DNA of 64,000 bases. It comes from Podarcis bocagei. Its lineage: Eukaryota. Shown piece after piece: positions 49,308-61,549 of the stretch. The notes under the pieces were generated by a model. That model was given only the letters and a program-made list of their open reading frames with translations. It did not search any database and had not been told where the DNA came from. The DNA lies in assembly GCA_964188305.1 (NCBI GenBank), contig OZ076888.1; one strand, given 5' to 3'. The position numbers were made by a program, and so were the translations under genes. Position 1 is the first letter of the stretch. Every line of letters starts with the position of its first letter.

Positions 49308-51709
49308 GTTAGTAATTAAGTGTGTATAGTTAATACTGAAATCTTGAAAGTTTTCAATACTGCTGTGAGTGGGCATAAGGCTAAAAGAAGAAGAGCTGCT
49401 TCTTGCCTTAGGGTTCTATTTTAGAAGGGGAAAAGCTAAAAGTTGTCATTGTGACAAGTATTTCATTTTTATTATTTTATACATCACACAATTTATCAGT
49501 AGGTAGGAGATCTGGAGCCGGTAAGTGGGATGCAAGCACTTTAATTCCCTGTGCTGCTGCAGCACTTTGCAAAAGGAGGAAGCTGTGGGGCTTCTCTGCT
49601 GCATTTAAACACCACCCCTGAAGACTGCTAACAAACAATATTTAAACTACTGTCTTGGTAGGAGTCAGGTGATGCCGAGACTAGTTTCACCTGGTCCTAT
49701 AAAATTTTTGGCTCTGGTCTCCTCAGTTTGACCAGATGCAGACTGGGCTCTTACAAATAGTACCTACTTCTTTGCTCAGTGGTCTGAATACACGGCTGCC
49801 TTGCTTCCCAGCTCAGTTCAAGTGCTGGGTAGGCACTTGCTTACTTTCACATTGTCATCCCTGACACATTTGCATTCCTAAGAGGCATAAAAAGAAAACT
49901 CAATAAGAACCTCATCTAATAAAACAATGCCCAGGAGTTGAGCTTGCTTCTTGACTTCATTCCCAGTTTCTGTCAGTGTAGGAATGAATAACTTTGCAGT
50001 GTGGACTGCTGCATTATATCCACGCTGCACTGCAAGACGAGGCCTTCAGTGCTTTGTGTATACAGTCTTCTGAAGATGGCTTTAATTTTGTTTTATCAGC
50101 AAATAGGTTTGTTTGAACTCTGTGTGTGCTCATTTTAAAGTCTCACTATAGGATGTCTGTCCACGCTTTGACTTCACATTCGAAAAGGGATAGCTGTTGG
50201 AAAATAAAAACAAAATTTCTTAGCCACAAGCATTATTTTACATATGGCGAAAGTCAGAATGCTGGATGGGTAGTGTGAATTATTTATCAGGAATTTATAA
50301 TGCACAGTAAAACTCCATGTTACCATCTTAAAACAATTTGTTTAGCATAGATGCCTGTTCAAACAGCCAAGTGAAAACAATGGGAACGGCAGTGCTCTTT
50401 GAGAACTATGACCTGAGGTTGATTTCCCTTTGAATTAAGCATAACAGTAACATGGAATGTTCTGAATCACTGAATCAGTAGGATATGGCATATAGTTTAC
50501 AGTTGGGATTTTTAAATAGTTATATATGTAGGTCCACGGGTGTAACTGTCGGTGAGTTTTTTATTGTGTTATATTTCCATTGTTCCAAAATTCCCATTAT
50601 GCAAATTTATTTTTTTATGAAAAGACTATTGTGCTTATTCAACTTGGAAATTTTATATGTACCTTATTGGCTCACTAGCTCATAAAGGTTAGGGGACAGT
50701 TGTTTTAAATCTACTCCGTACCATTCAAGATGTACAAGCTGCCCTGTGATACTGTTCAGTCTGATCATATTCTAGCATAAATGTGGCCTTGATGAACACA
50801 GTCCAACAGCAGGACTTAATTCCCTGCTCCCTCCCCCAAAAGGAGAGTTGAACTGAGGTATGCTTTGGGGGTACAACCAATTACCTTGCTGTTTTCCTTA
50901 CCTGTTGAGATAGCAAAGTTGAGGACCTTCTGATTAGGAAGCTGTCAGTGATACCTGTTTAGAAGTCAAAGAAAGTATAAGGCTGAATTGAGACACTTTG
51001 AAGCGATTTTTTGGGGAAATGGTAGAGGGTATTTATTGGCTGAAGGTTTAATTATCAAGAGCAGGGAGGAAAGGGGCAGGATAAAAGAAGTTGTTATTAT
51101 GGCCAATGAAGCTAATTCTGTGCCTTCTTAAACGGGGGAGGCGAAAGACATGTTAAGAGGCAACCCTTACATTATGTTTCCTTTGTTGGAAATGTAATCA
51201 TCATTTGTGACCAAGCTGTTAAAATGTGTGTTTCAGAAAGAGGAGCCTCACATGGATGTACAGAAGAAATAATCTATTTGACTGTATAGGACAGAGGAGC
51301 CTTTTGAAAGGTTAAACTTCAGTCTGAAAATTTCACTGTCAGTTCAGGCAGTCACTAGAGAAGCATATCAATCTAGACAGAGAATGTATGTTGATTCAAA
51401 TATAAGCTTTAAAACTGGACAGATTACGTCAATCTTTCTTCTTCTGTTTGCCACAAGCAGAGGTTACTGGGTATTCATGCAACAAACGGTGGCTTTTTTC
51501 TTTTCTTTTTTTACAAGTCACATTGTGAAGTAATTCTGACTGAATTGCTTTGTGGTATGTAATGGTTGAGAGTCACATGACTAGCTGGCATGGCATATTT
51601 GATATGGCAAGGATCTTCCTGGACTGAAAACAAAGTCCAGGAAGATCCCAAAGCCCCTCAGGTAGTTGTGTAGACCAGGGGACTTCTCCAAGCTTAAAAG
51701 ACAGGTGAA

Positions 51710-51875
51710 AATGTTGGAAGCAGGAATGCTTCTGAATACAAGTTGCTGGAAACCACAGGAGGCTCTAATACTGATCGAGTTTTCCCCTCAGGCATCTGAT
51801 TGGGCACTGTGAGAACAGGATTCTGGACTAGATGGGCCATTGGCCTGCTCCTGAAGGCCCTTACATTCTTTTGTA
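51710..51875 (+). mobile_element. CR1 LINE 3' end fragment
   Basis: CAGGCATCTGATTGGGCACTGTGAGAACAGGATTCTGGACTAGATGGGCCATTGGCCTG. Confidence 0.7.
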
Positions 51876-52109
51876 ATGAAATGAGCAAAAGGCAACATAT
51901 CATTTATGTTGGGCTCTACCATGGAATAGTTGTATAGCAGCTTCCGTGGCATTGAAAGGAGAAGCTGGAGCACAGGATTGATTGTTAGAGATTAAAGATT
52001 TCAGCTTAAATAAAAGCGGAATGGAGACGAGCACAAAGTTGTGCTTGCTGTGTATCTAGGTGTGCGTGCTTTCCTCTTTTCTTCTGTGCCAGTTTGTTCT
52101 CCCCAGTCT

Positions 52110-52443
52110 AAGGCTGCATACATGCCACACATTTTAAGTACAAGACTTTCTCAAAAGCATATTGCTTCCTCCTCCCAAAATCTGAGAACTGTAGTTTAAG
52201 GGTGCTGGGAATTGTAGCTCTGTGAGTGGTAAACCACAGTTCTCAGATTTCTTTGGGGGAAGTAAAATGCTTTAGAGCAGGCATAGGCAAACTCGGCCCT
52301 CCAGATATTTTGGGACTACAACTCTCATCATCCTTGACCACTGGTCCTGTTAGCTAGGGATGATGGGAGTTGTAGTCCCAAAACATCTGGAGGGCTGAGT
52401 TTGCCTATGCCTGCTTTAGATGCAAGGCCTTGTACGCAACCTT
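52110..52443. mobile_element. Fold-back MITE (family of 30290-30458) interrupted by a younger hAT MITE
   Basis: AGGCTGCATAC...GTACGCAACCT ends; shared core. Confidence 0.65.
52278..52413. mobile_element. Near-perfect palindromic hAT MITE
   Basis: CAGGCATAGGCAAACTC...GAGTTTGCCTATGCCTG with long inverted arms; 8-bp TSD CTTTAGAG / CTTTAGAT. Confidence 0.9.
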
Positions 52444-52660
52444 AATCAGTTTGTCTTTACAACAGTGTTGGTAAGTTTTACTGGACTTCCCATAGTGAAC
52501 AGTAACTCAACAATTCAAATTAGTTCTTAATCTAAATTATTTGACACTATTCACAATTGCTGCTTTAAGGGTACACAGTTTTTATAACAAACTTCTGGAG
52601 TAGCCTTAGGTTGGTTTTTCAATGATTTCCTTTAATTTTCTGCTCTGCTTTGGTTTATAG

Positions 52661-52756
52661 GGACCGACACAGCGACATGTACAGATTATTATGGAGAAGC
52701 TACTGAGGACAGTAAACAGAACAGTCATATCAATGGGACGTGATTCAGAACTCATA
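52661..52756 (+). CDS. DOCK1: DOCK1 exon (~27), 96 nt, last exon seen in the window
   Basis: ttatag| ... |gtaagt; GPTQRHVQIIMEKLLRTVNRTVISMGRDSELI. Confidence 0.96.
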
Positions 52757-55700
52757 GTAAGTGCCTATTGGCAAACTTCTAAAAATACTATGGCAGTTAC
52801 TGTTCACAAAAGTGCATAATCCATTGGACATCTCTTCTGTGGAGTACTGCACAACATTTATGCAAGATCCTTGTTGTGATTATGAACTAGCCCAGTTAAT
52901 TTAAGTATCTGAAGAAGTGTGCATGCACACAAAAACTCATACCAATAACAAACTTAGTTGGTCTCTAAGGTGCTACTGGAAGGAATTTTTTTATTTTGTT
53001 TCAACATTCTGTTGTGTTTCTCTTGTTATGACAGATGTCTCTTCTCACTTCAGGTGCATTTCTCTTTAAATGATGAAATCTTAAGCTCATTTCAGTGGTC
53101 TAAATATTCTTGGATATACACAGAAATGCTTTAATGATTAACTGGGTGGTCCATACTTATTGCTTATTTATTAGCAACCTAGAGCAGCTATTTTAGTCCT
53201 TAACCAGTTTCTGATGCCTGGGGAGAAGTGACTGAGGTTAAAACAACAAGTTGAATCCATGCTAGATAAAATGGAGGCAGCGTTGGTTAGTAGAACTCTT
53301 GGAGCAGGAGTTATGCTTGCTCCAGGAGAAGCAGTATTTGTCTGCTTTGTCTCTGGAAAGCTGAAACAAACAGTGGCCAAGATACGTTCATATCAGCTGC
53401 TTTTATTATGGAGGCTTGACCCTTTTTGGAGCAGAGAGAGACCTTGCCACCACTTATATACTCTTTTGTAATTTCAAGGATTGATCCATGTAATATACTT
53501 TATGTGAAGATAACCTTGAAAAGGACTTGGAATCTATAGCTAGTCCAGATGCCACCGCTGACAAGTACAGCGATGGCACACTTCTATGCCCTTTAAGATA
53601 TTCCAGTTAAGTTTCTCCTTCATATATATTTGCACTGTATCAGGTAAAGTTAGCAACAGCAGGGAGCAAGGCTTTTCCTGCATTCTTTTAAGTCTCTGGA
53701 ATGATGACCTCTAGAGGAAGTGAGCAGAAAGTTCTCTGTTCTGTAGGTCCTACAAGATTTACCTATCCAACCCACATGGCCTGGAATTGTCTGTATGACA
53801 GATGGACAGAAAAAGACAAGAGCTTGCTGTATATGGTTGCTCAGACCTTTATTGTTTGCTGCCAGTGCTTATGTTGTAACTCACAAAAATAATCAAAGAG
53901 CAAGTTAAATACCCATTTTCAGAAATGTCAGCTGTCAAACATAAAAATTCCCAAATTATTTAAATTTTTAAAATTCCCTTGGCAGTCAACACTGTTTTAG
54001 ACCAATGAATGTAACTTTCTTCTTAAAGGCTTGTATACCTTGTTGCAACAGTTGGTCAGCAACCATCTAATTTTGAAATAATCTGAATGACCTGGAAAAT
54101 TATGAAATGAATAGAGGAATCTATCCCTAGATAAAGTTGCATAAAGGACAGTATATTGTCAATGTCTTGAATCTGGCTTGATCCACGTGCAAAAAGATGA
54201 TCATTTGTTGGCCTGTTAAAGAATTTCCTGGTTAGAAAGCTAATGAGCAAGCACATATATAAAAGGAAAAAAGTTAATTCCTGCATATAAGCAGCTCTTT
54301 TATGACCAGATTAATTTTAGCGTAACAAACAAACGTGGACTTCAAATATATAAACAATTTTGTTTTGACATAATCAGCAAAAATACATTGAGTATCTTAC
54401 AATCAGAAGTATCCTGAGATGGTGCTAAGTTTACAATTTGAGCCCAGTTTCGCTACATGTTGGCCTGACATTAGCATTATGTTTGGGTTTTTTTAAGTAT
54501 AGATTCATAGATTTATGAATGTGTACTTTAAAGAAAGGATATCTTCTGACTTGAGTATTATAGGTGGCATTTTGAGGCTGATCTGATGAGGGACTTTTTT
54601 CTTAGTTGCTATATTTTTGTTGGTTTGTCATACCTTTCTTTTATAAATATAGTTTTATATTATTTTCATTCATTTTAAAGTAAATGTCCTTAAGCCTAGG
54701 AAAGGCAACTCACGAAAACCTGTTTACCTAAATGAGATGCATTATTTAGATGTTTTCCTTTTTGGAGATGTCAGCAATGGGACATGTACTAATCAATACA
54801 GCAAAGACAAAAGGTTACAGCAGATAAAGTATTTAAATGGTTGTTCATAATTATTATTATTATTTGCTTTTTAGCTTGTTCCCCACACGCATAATATTAT
54901 TTGTAGCTATAGGGGGGCAATATATTACCTGGCCTTGTAGTTACTGTCTTTCTTAAATGATTTATTCTGATCTATTCTGAAAATTTGATGGTTTTCACAG
55001 TCTTTTTCTTTTATTGTCTCAAATCCAGTAAATTTGTATTTGAACGCTGGCCAAACAAGTACATTGTATTAAAAATGAATACTGTGAACATGAACATGGC
55101 ATTATAAAAGCATTGCATTTGAACATATTATAATTATTTAATGAATGCTGCCGGTACCAAGAATTTTTAAAGGGACACTTACCATTTAAGATTCACTGAA
55201 TTTCTGAGAGAACTCATTCCAGTCAACCGAAGATGATTCACTTTTATAGTGTCAATAAAGTAGTAAAACTGCACTGCGAAGATACTTTATTTTGCATCAT
55301 CTTTCCTTTCATGCACCAATGGCAGATTGAACTTTATGTGTTAATATTTATTTTTTAGTGTTTTTTCCCCCTTCTCTCTTTTTTCCATTTTGGAGTGGGG
55401 TCATCACCGAATTTGGATTTGACACTAAACTGATACAGCATAATTCGGTGGTAAAATGCTTATGAAACTGAATGTCTAAATCTACAGCAGCTAGACTAGT
55501 ACCTTTGCACAAATGTGATTCACCTTGTACAGTCTCAAGAAAATTCAAATATAGAAAAATGAATAGGGAGAAGTCATGTTTTGCATCTGATCTTTTATTT
55601 AAATTCTTCTCAAGAAGTTTTGTGACAGTTCTTAACATGGCTGAGGAGGAAGAAGCTTGGTTTATAGCACAATGCCAATTGGGGATTACTCTCAAGTTCA

Positions 55701-56768
55701 GTAGGGTTTACTCCTAGGAAAATCTGCATTGGATCACACCCATAAAATGCCATATGAAACTTTGACCTTGCAACTATTTACTAACAAATAGGCCTTGCAA
55801 TTCTATATATGCTCACCTGGGAATAAGCCAGACTGAACTCAGTGAAATCTTTTTTTTTATAGTATATATGTATAGGATCACAATGTTAACGTATCTGTGG
55901 AAAAGTAAACTATATGCAAAGCTGCAGGATAACATCAGATACATACATCAAAGTGATACTGGTGAGATGCATTTTCAGAATAATCATTGCCTTATTTTAA
56001 ATCCACAGCTGACACTATTCTTTTCACTCCCAGTGTCAGGCATTCCCTTTCTCCAATGAAAGCCCTCATAATTCCAGTCCTGTGACAACTAGGGCAACAA
56101 ATTATACACCTGGATTAGGAAGGTAATGCTATAGAAGCCCAGACTTGATGGTGTCTTCACATCAGAGTTAGTGTTTTGTCCTGTGAACATTCTTCATAAC
56201 AAAAAGAAATTAAATCAGCTAGAAGCATACTATTCAAAAGATGAGGCTGGGTATTCCCTGTATTTCAAGGTAATCTTTAGAAATGGAAAACAATAGAATC
56301 TTGAGGTATCTTGTAGTGAGCTTAAAGTGACAAAATCTTTCATAGGCATAAATGAGATTCAGTCACTAGGGTGGACAAGCTCATAGGTATAGATGGGTCC
56401 AGGCAATCTCTTGAAAGCTTGTGCTCAATTGCATGACACCACATGTGAGATGACCACTGATTCTTCTAATTATTATTTATTAAATTTATACACTGCCCTT
56501 CATCTGAACATCACAGGGCAGCTTGCAACATGGAAACACAAAATATAGAACATAACAAACAAACAAACAAACAAACACCTCCCCAAAGATTTAATTAAGA
56601 AGCAAAACATTCTATGAGCTTGCTTTTTCATAGTTGAATTCTTAATCTACATCTAGAGCACTTTAGAACTTTGGGAAATCTTTTCTATGACCAGACTGGA
56701 TGTTCCACCTGCTTCAGGTTGCATTTAGGAAATTCTGGTCCTCCCCAAACCCTGTGTAGCTCCTTAAT

Positions 56769-57055
56769 AAGAACTTAAGAATGTGCTGGATCAGGCCAAT
56801 GACCCATCTAGTCCAGCACCCTGTTCTCACAGTGGGCAATCAGATGCCTGTGGGAAACCAGGGGGCAGCACATGAGCACAAGAGTCCTCTTGCCTTACAG
56901 TATTTCCAGCAACTGGTTTACTGCCTCCAGCTGTGGAGGTAGCGCATAACCATAGTAGCCAATCATAGCCCTCTCCTCCATGAATTTGTCTAGTCTTTTT
57001 CAAAGCCACCCAAGTTGGTGGCCATCACTGCCTCCTGGGGCAGCAAGTTCCATTG
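56769..57055 (-). mobile_element. CR1 LINE 3' end
   Basis: AAGAACTTAAGAA tail, then the reverse complement of the 51710-51875 sequence. Confidence 0.75.
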
Positions 57056-58841
57056 TGTGACAATAGGCCATGCGATGTTGGACAAGGAGTGGGCCATGGT
57101 CAGGTACAGCAGGGGCTCCTCACTTGAATGTACAAACTGGTCTTCACTATTACAGTGGAAGAACAAAACATGAGAAAGGTAAAGAGACTGGAAGCTCAGT
57201 TTGCTGATACTTCTAAAATCCCAAGTTGTCCTTAAGAATTAAAACACACTTAGAACAATGTAGTTTGAATGGTGCTATTTGTTCCTCCAGATGCAGAAAA
57301 TTTGATCCTAGGATAGAAGTGGTGCGTGTAGCATTTACTTATTCAAAAAGACATGTATAATTCAAATGATTTGTTAAGAAATGTTAAATTATTAATTATT
57401 GTGCCTTTTAACCTCACTGTTGTGCAAATTGAGAGGTGATGTTCAAAGGGCGGAGGGGAAAGGTCCAGAAGAATGGGCAGCATATTCAACCCACAAAATC
57501 CAGCATTTACTATCACATTATTCCTTGGATACCATAAGGGACATAAAGTTACCAAAAGGAGTAGAAAATTGGTTTTGTAAGGTTCTAAGGATAGCCTACA
57601 GAGGAAGAAGCAAGATGCAGAGGAAGGCACTTGTGCACACAATGTCTTTGGCGAATTTTGTTGCAAAATCTTCACAGAAATTTGTTCGACATATTGCAAG
57701 GGTGCTTTCTGATAACTTTTCCTTCGCAGACGATTGCAGCTGTTTTGCAGTAAATCGATTATTCTGCTTGTGTAATTGTTCAAACCGCTGCATCTTAGTG
57801 CTATGAATGAGGGAACTGACAATGGAGGGCAAATTGGCTTATCACATGTTAAAACTATTAAGTGGAATAGAAAGTTATTCAAATTGCACAGTATTGATGC
57901 CGTATAAACCAGCCGTGATGGACTGCTGGATATGCCCTTCTATTTGTTCATATTTACATTAAAATGAAAGTTATGGAAAACAAGCTTTAAAAACACTTAC
58001 TTGGAACCTGAAATTAAATAAAATTTATAAGCTATTGTTTTTCTTTGGGTTTGGATAGACATTTTATGGGTTGGGCTGAGTTTTGCCCCTCTATGAATGG
58101 GAGGACTCATTGCATTCACAGAAATAACTAGGGTTTAATGAGTTATTTTCACCAATTCCAGCTTCTCCCTCCAGCCTGCCAGTGCAACTTCTTGTGCTCT
58201 TCCTTAGGGTCTCTATTTCTGCAATGCATCTTGTCAAGTGACATAGTGGGAAAGAGCATTCAGCAAAAGTCACCAACTTGCTTCCCTTTCTGCAGAATGA
58301 AACAGGACTCTGGTTGCTTTTATCCTATACATGGTTCTGCTCCTCTTACCCTCACAAAAATATTGTGGCTGAGAAAGCAAATGGTGAGCTTTCATGGCTT
58401 TGCAGAAATTTGATCCAAAGTCTTAGTCACACTATTCCAAACATGGCAATGGATCTATTCCCAACCAAATCATACTTCCTGCCATCACTGTACTTTTTAT
58501 TCTAGACTTCATAATTTATGAAAATCTGTCATGCTGCTTCATGTGGAGGAAAATATAATAATATGGACCTCTATTAGCTGGGATGTAGTCTCAGTCTGTT
58601 CATTTAATCAGTTTTTAATTGAGCCTTGTGAAGTTATAGCCTCAAGAATGAACATAAATTCAGAGTCTACAGTCCTAAATGCTTTTTCTAATTTACAGGC
58701 AAAATTACTTATGCTAAATATTGTATTGCCTGTATTTGTCCCCCCTCCCTTTTTCTGCATAGCATCTTTAGCCGTTTGCAGCATATGTGCATTTTTTTGT
58801 ACTCTTTTCTGTTGAACACAGCCAGAAAAGAATGTGCTGGT

Positions 58842-58898
58842 AGCCAGGAACCAGCATGGCTTTATCAAAAATTAGTCATGTCAAACAAACCTTATCTC

Positions 58899-58951
<53 letters not shown>

Positions 58952-59160
58952 TACTAGTTTGGTAGATCATGGGAATGTTGGAGCCATAGTATATCTTGAT
59001 TTCAGAAGAGCATTTGACAGTTTCCCATGATATCCTTGTTGACAAACTCATAAAATGTAACCTGCATGATACTGTTGCTAGATGGATCCAAAAACGATTA
59101 AACAATAGTACCCAGTAACTGTATGTTTAATGGCTCTATGTCATCTTGAAGGGAGGTCTT
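58842..59160 (+). mobile_element. CR1 reverse-transcriptase fragment
   Basis: NQHGFIK..SCQTNLISF, VTSLVDHGN..IVYLDFRRAFD and HDILVDKL motifs across frameshifts. Confidence 0.85.
58902..58946. repeat. (TA)n microsatellite inside the CR1 fragment
   Basis: about 22 perfect units. Confidence 0.95.
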
Positions 59161-61549
59161 ACTTATACTCCCAATGCTTAATGGATTTTACAGCCACTTT
59201 CCCTTTTGATTTTACAGCTCAGAGGCTCTTGTCTAATATGTAACCTAATAATGTGGGGGGGGTCCCCCCCTTTCTGTGATCAGTGGATTTTGTAAACCAT
59301 TCTTATCTAAGTAATATCCATTGGAAAAATCTTTTTATTGTGAAGCTGTCACTATAATCTCTAGTATATGCCTTCTTCACATTTGTCTTCTAAATTTATT
59401 ATTATCATGTTAGTCCCCACACCACCCATCTATCAGTTTTTTGGGAGTCTTGATAATGGGGAAAGAACTTGGGCCTGACCTGGGCTCAGGGTTTCCTTTA
59501 GCCAAGGGCTCTCCTTGATTCTAGGACTGGATGCTACAACCAGGAAAATGCTCAGTGAAGCTGCAAGAGACCAGTCTCTTTCCTAGTAGGCTACTGTGGG
59601 ACAATGTGGTCAAATCTGTAGTGTTAAGAGCAAATGAAGAGACAAAGGAGGACTCCAGCAGCAGGAAAGAAATGGGGTTGCGAGACTGCCACTGTTTCTT
59701 CCCCTTAAGAAACTGACTTCCCCGGCAAATCACTGCCAGTTGCCCACCCTTCTCCCTGAGGAAAATCTTGACTGCTGTCTGCTGTGGGTCTCTGCATGAA
59801 CCAGCTATCTAGGCTAGCATTTCTTGTCAGCCATTTTGGTTCATCTAAGTTGACCCTAAGAGTACCTGAACAGGGAAGCTGGAAACAGAACAGGATGTTG
59901 AAAAGTACTCTCCTGTGTTGCAAGCTTCCTGTATATGTAAAAAGAAAGCAATTTCCTACATACTTACCTGTGACCCACTGTTTCTGCCTCAAGGATCCTT
60001 ACCCCTGAAGACTGATTTTGCATGGAGGTTGAGGATACAGGCAACCAGGGAACCTACAAAGTCACCGAAGACTGGCTGTCGTCGTTAGGGGAGCTGTAGT
60101 GGGTAGCTGACCTCCATCAGTTGAGAGCTCAATGACAAGTTAGGTTTCTAGTACTGCATGATAGGATTCCAGTATGCCAGCATTTCCAAGACTATCTAGT
60201 AGAGCAGTTACTTTGGTAATCTTTAAAATATTGTAAGATATGTCAGTGTTATCATTTGTGTATTATACGAGGTAATGGTGGGGGGCTGAAGGTAATAAAA
60301 TAATGGCTTGGCTTCGGCTGTCTACTGAATTTAATATTGGAGGCAAGTTTAAAACCGGACTTTCTGGTTCAGTTCACTTACAGTAGACTATCCGACTATC
60401 ATGGCGCTACACAAGCAAGATGATCCTTGTCTGATTTATTTCATACACAAGGAGGCATAGCATTGCCTTATGGTATACTATAATTGCAATCAAGTCATAT
60501 TTGGTTTCCCTCTATGAAATTGATCATCTATTGCAGAATGTGAGCATTTCAAGTGTACCTGTACTTTCATAAAAAAATAAAAAACCCACCAAACTTAACA
60601 GGCTGCATTCAGCTAAATGAATTGGGGAGTATATTTCAAGAGAGGCCACATTAATTTAAATAGCGTACACCCATACTTTATTGATATGGAAATAATGCTA
60701 AGAAATGTTGAAAGCCCATTGCTTCCTTCTAACGCAGTGAATCCTGTGCCTTTATGATGCTGTTAGTGGCAATGATAATTACTAAGTTTACAGAGTAGGA
60801 GCTTGGTACTGTTGCAGAGGTGCAGTTGGGCTAATGCTATCTTGACTAGTTCAGTTTTAAATTGCTCATGAAAAATTAATCTGTTGGATTTAGAAAACTT
60901 GATATAGCAATGAAATGTTGCAGGGGGAAATAGAGACAGCACAGCCAGTAATTTGTTGTACAGAAGTTTTCGGAAGCAAAAATATTTAAAATAAAAGCAA
61001 ACAATTCAAATATTTAGTGTTTATAATTTTAATATTTTTTTCCATTTTATCCTGACTCTGTAAAGTATTTTACAGTGGTGTATTTTTTTTTAAGAAAACA
61101 AGTGATATTTACATGTATTGTTTCCCAATAATTCCAAAACAAAGAACTATGTTGCTTTATGGGAATTATGCAAACTTAGAAAATATTGTCCCTGTAGTAT
61201 GAAAATAGCAAGTAATATAAAATTACTGCAGCATTTATTGGTTCGAAATGGAATCAAAGCATGATATGGAAGTGTGTTTATAAATAAACCAGTGGCTGTA
61301 ACCACATGATATTGCTAATGAATACAGCAGCAATTTATGGAGTATGCCAGACTGGAGAATGAAAATACACTTACTTTTGGGTGTCCTACCTGGTTTTATA
61401 CGAGATCTCAATAAAGTGGAACTATCGTCATCTCACATCTCAATCACGTATTGTACTTGGCTACAAATTTTAAAGAATTAAATTGTCCCTCCATAAAATT
61501 CTAAATTGTGCCTGAGTGATCCTAAATGTAATACAATATGATACGGTTT

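Noticed and set aside
57343-57882. Overlapping 179-aa (minus) and 135-aa (plus) ORFs
   Set aside because: Non-ATG starts, no recognisable domain or INSYN2A similarity, no clear splice structure; treated as chance ORFs.
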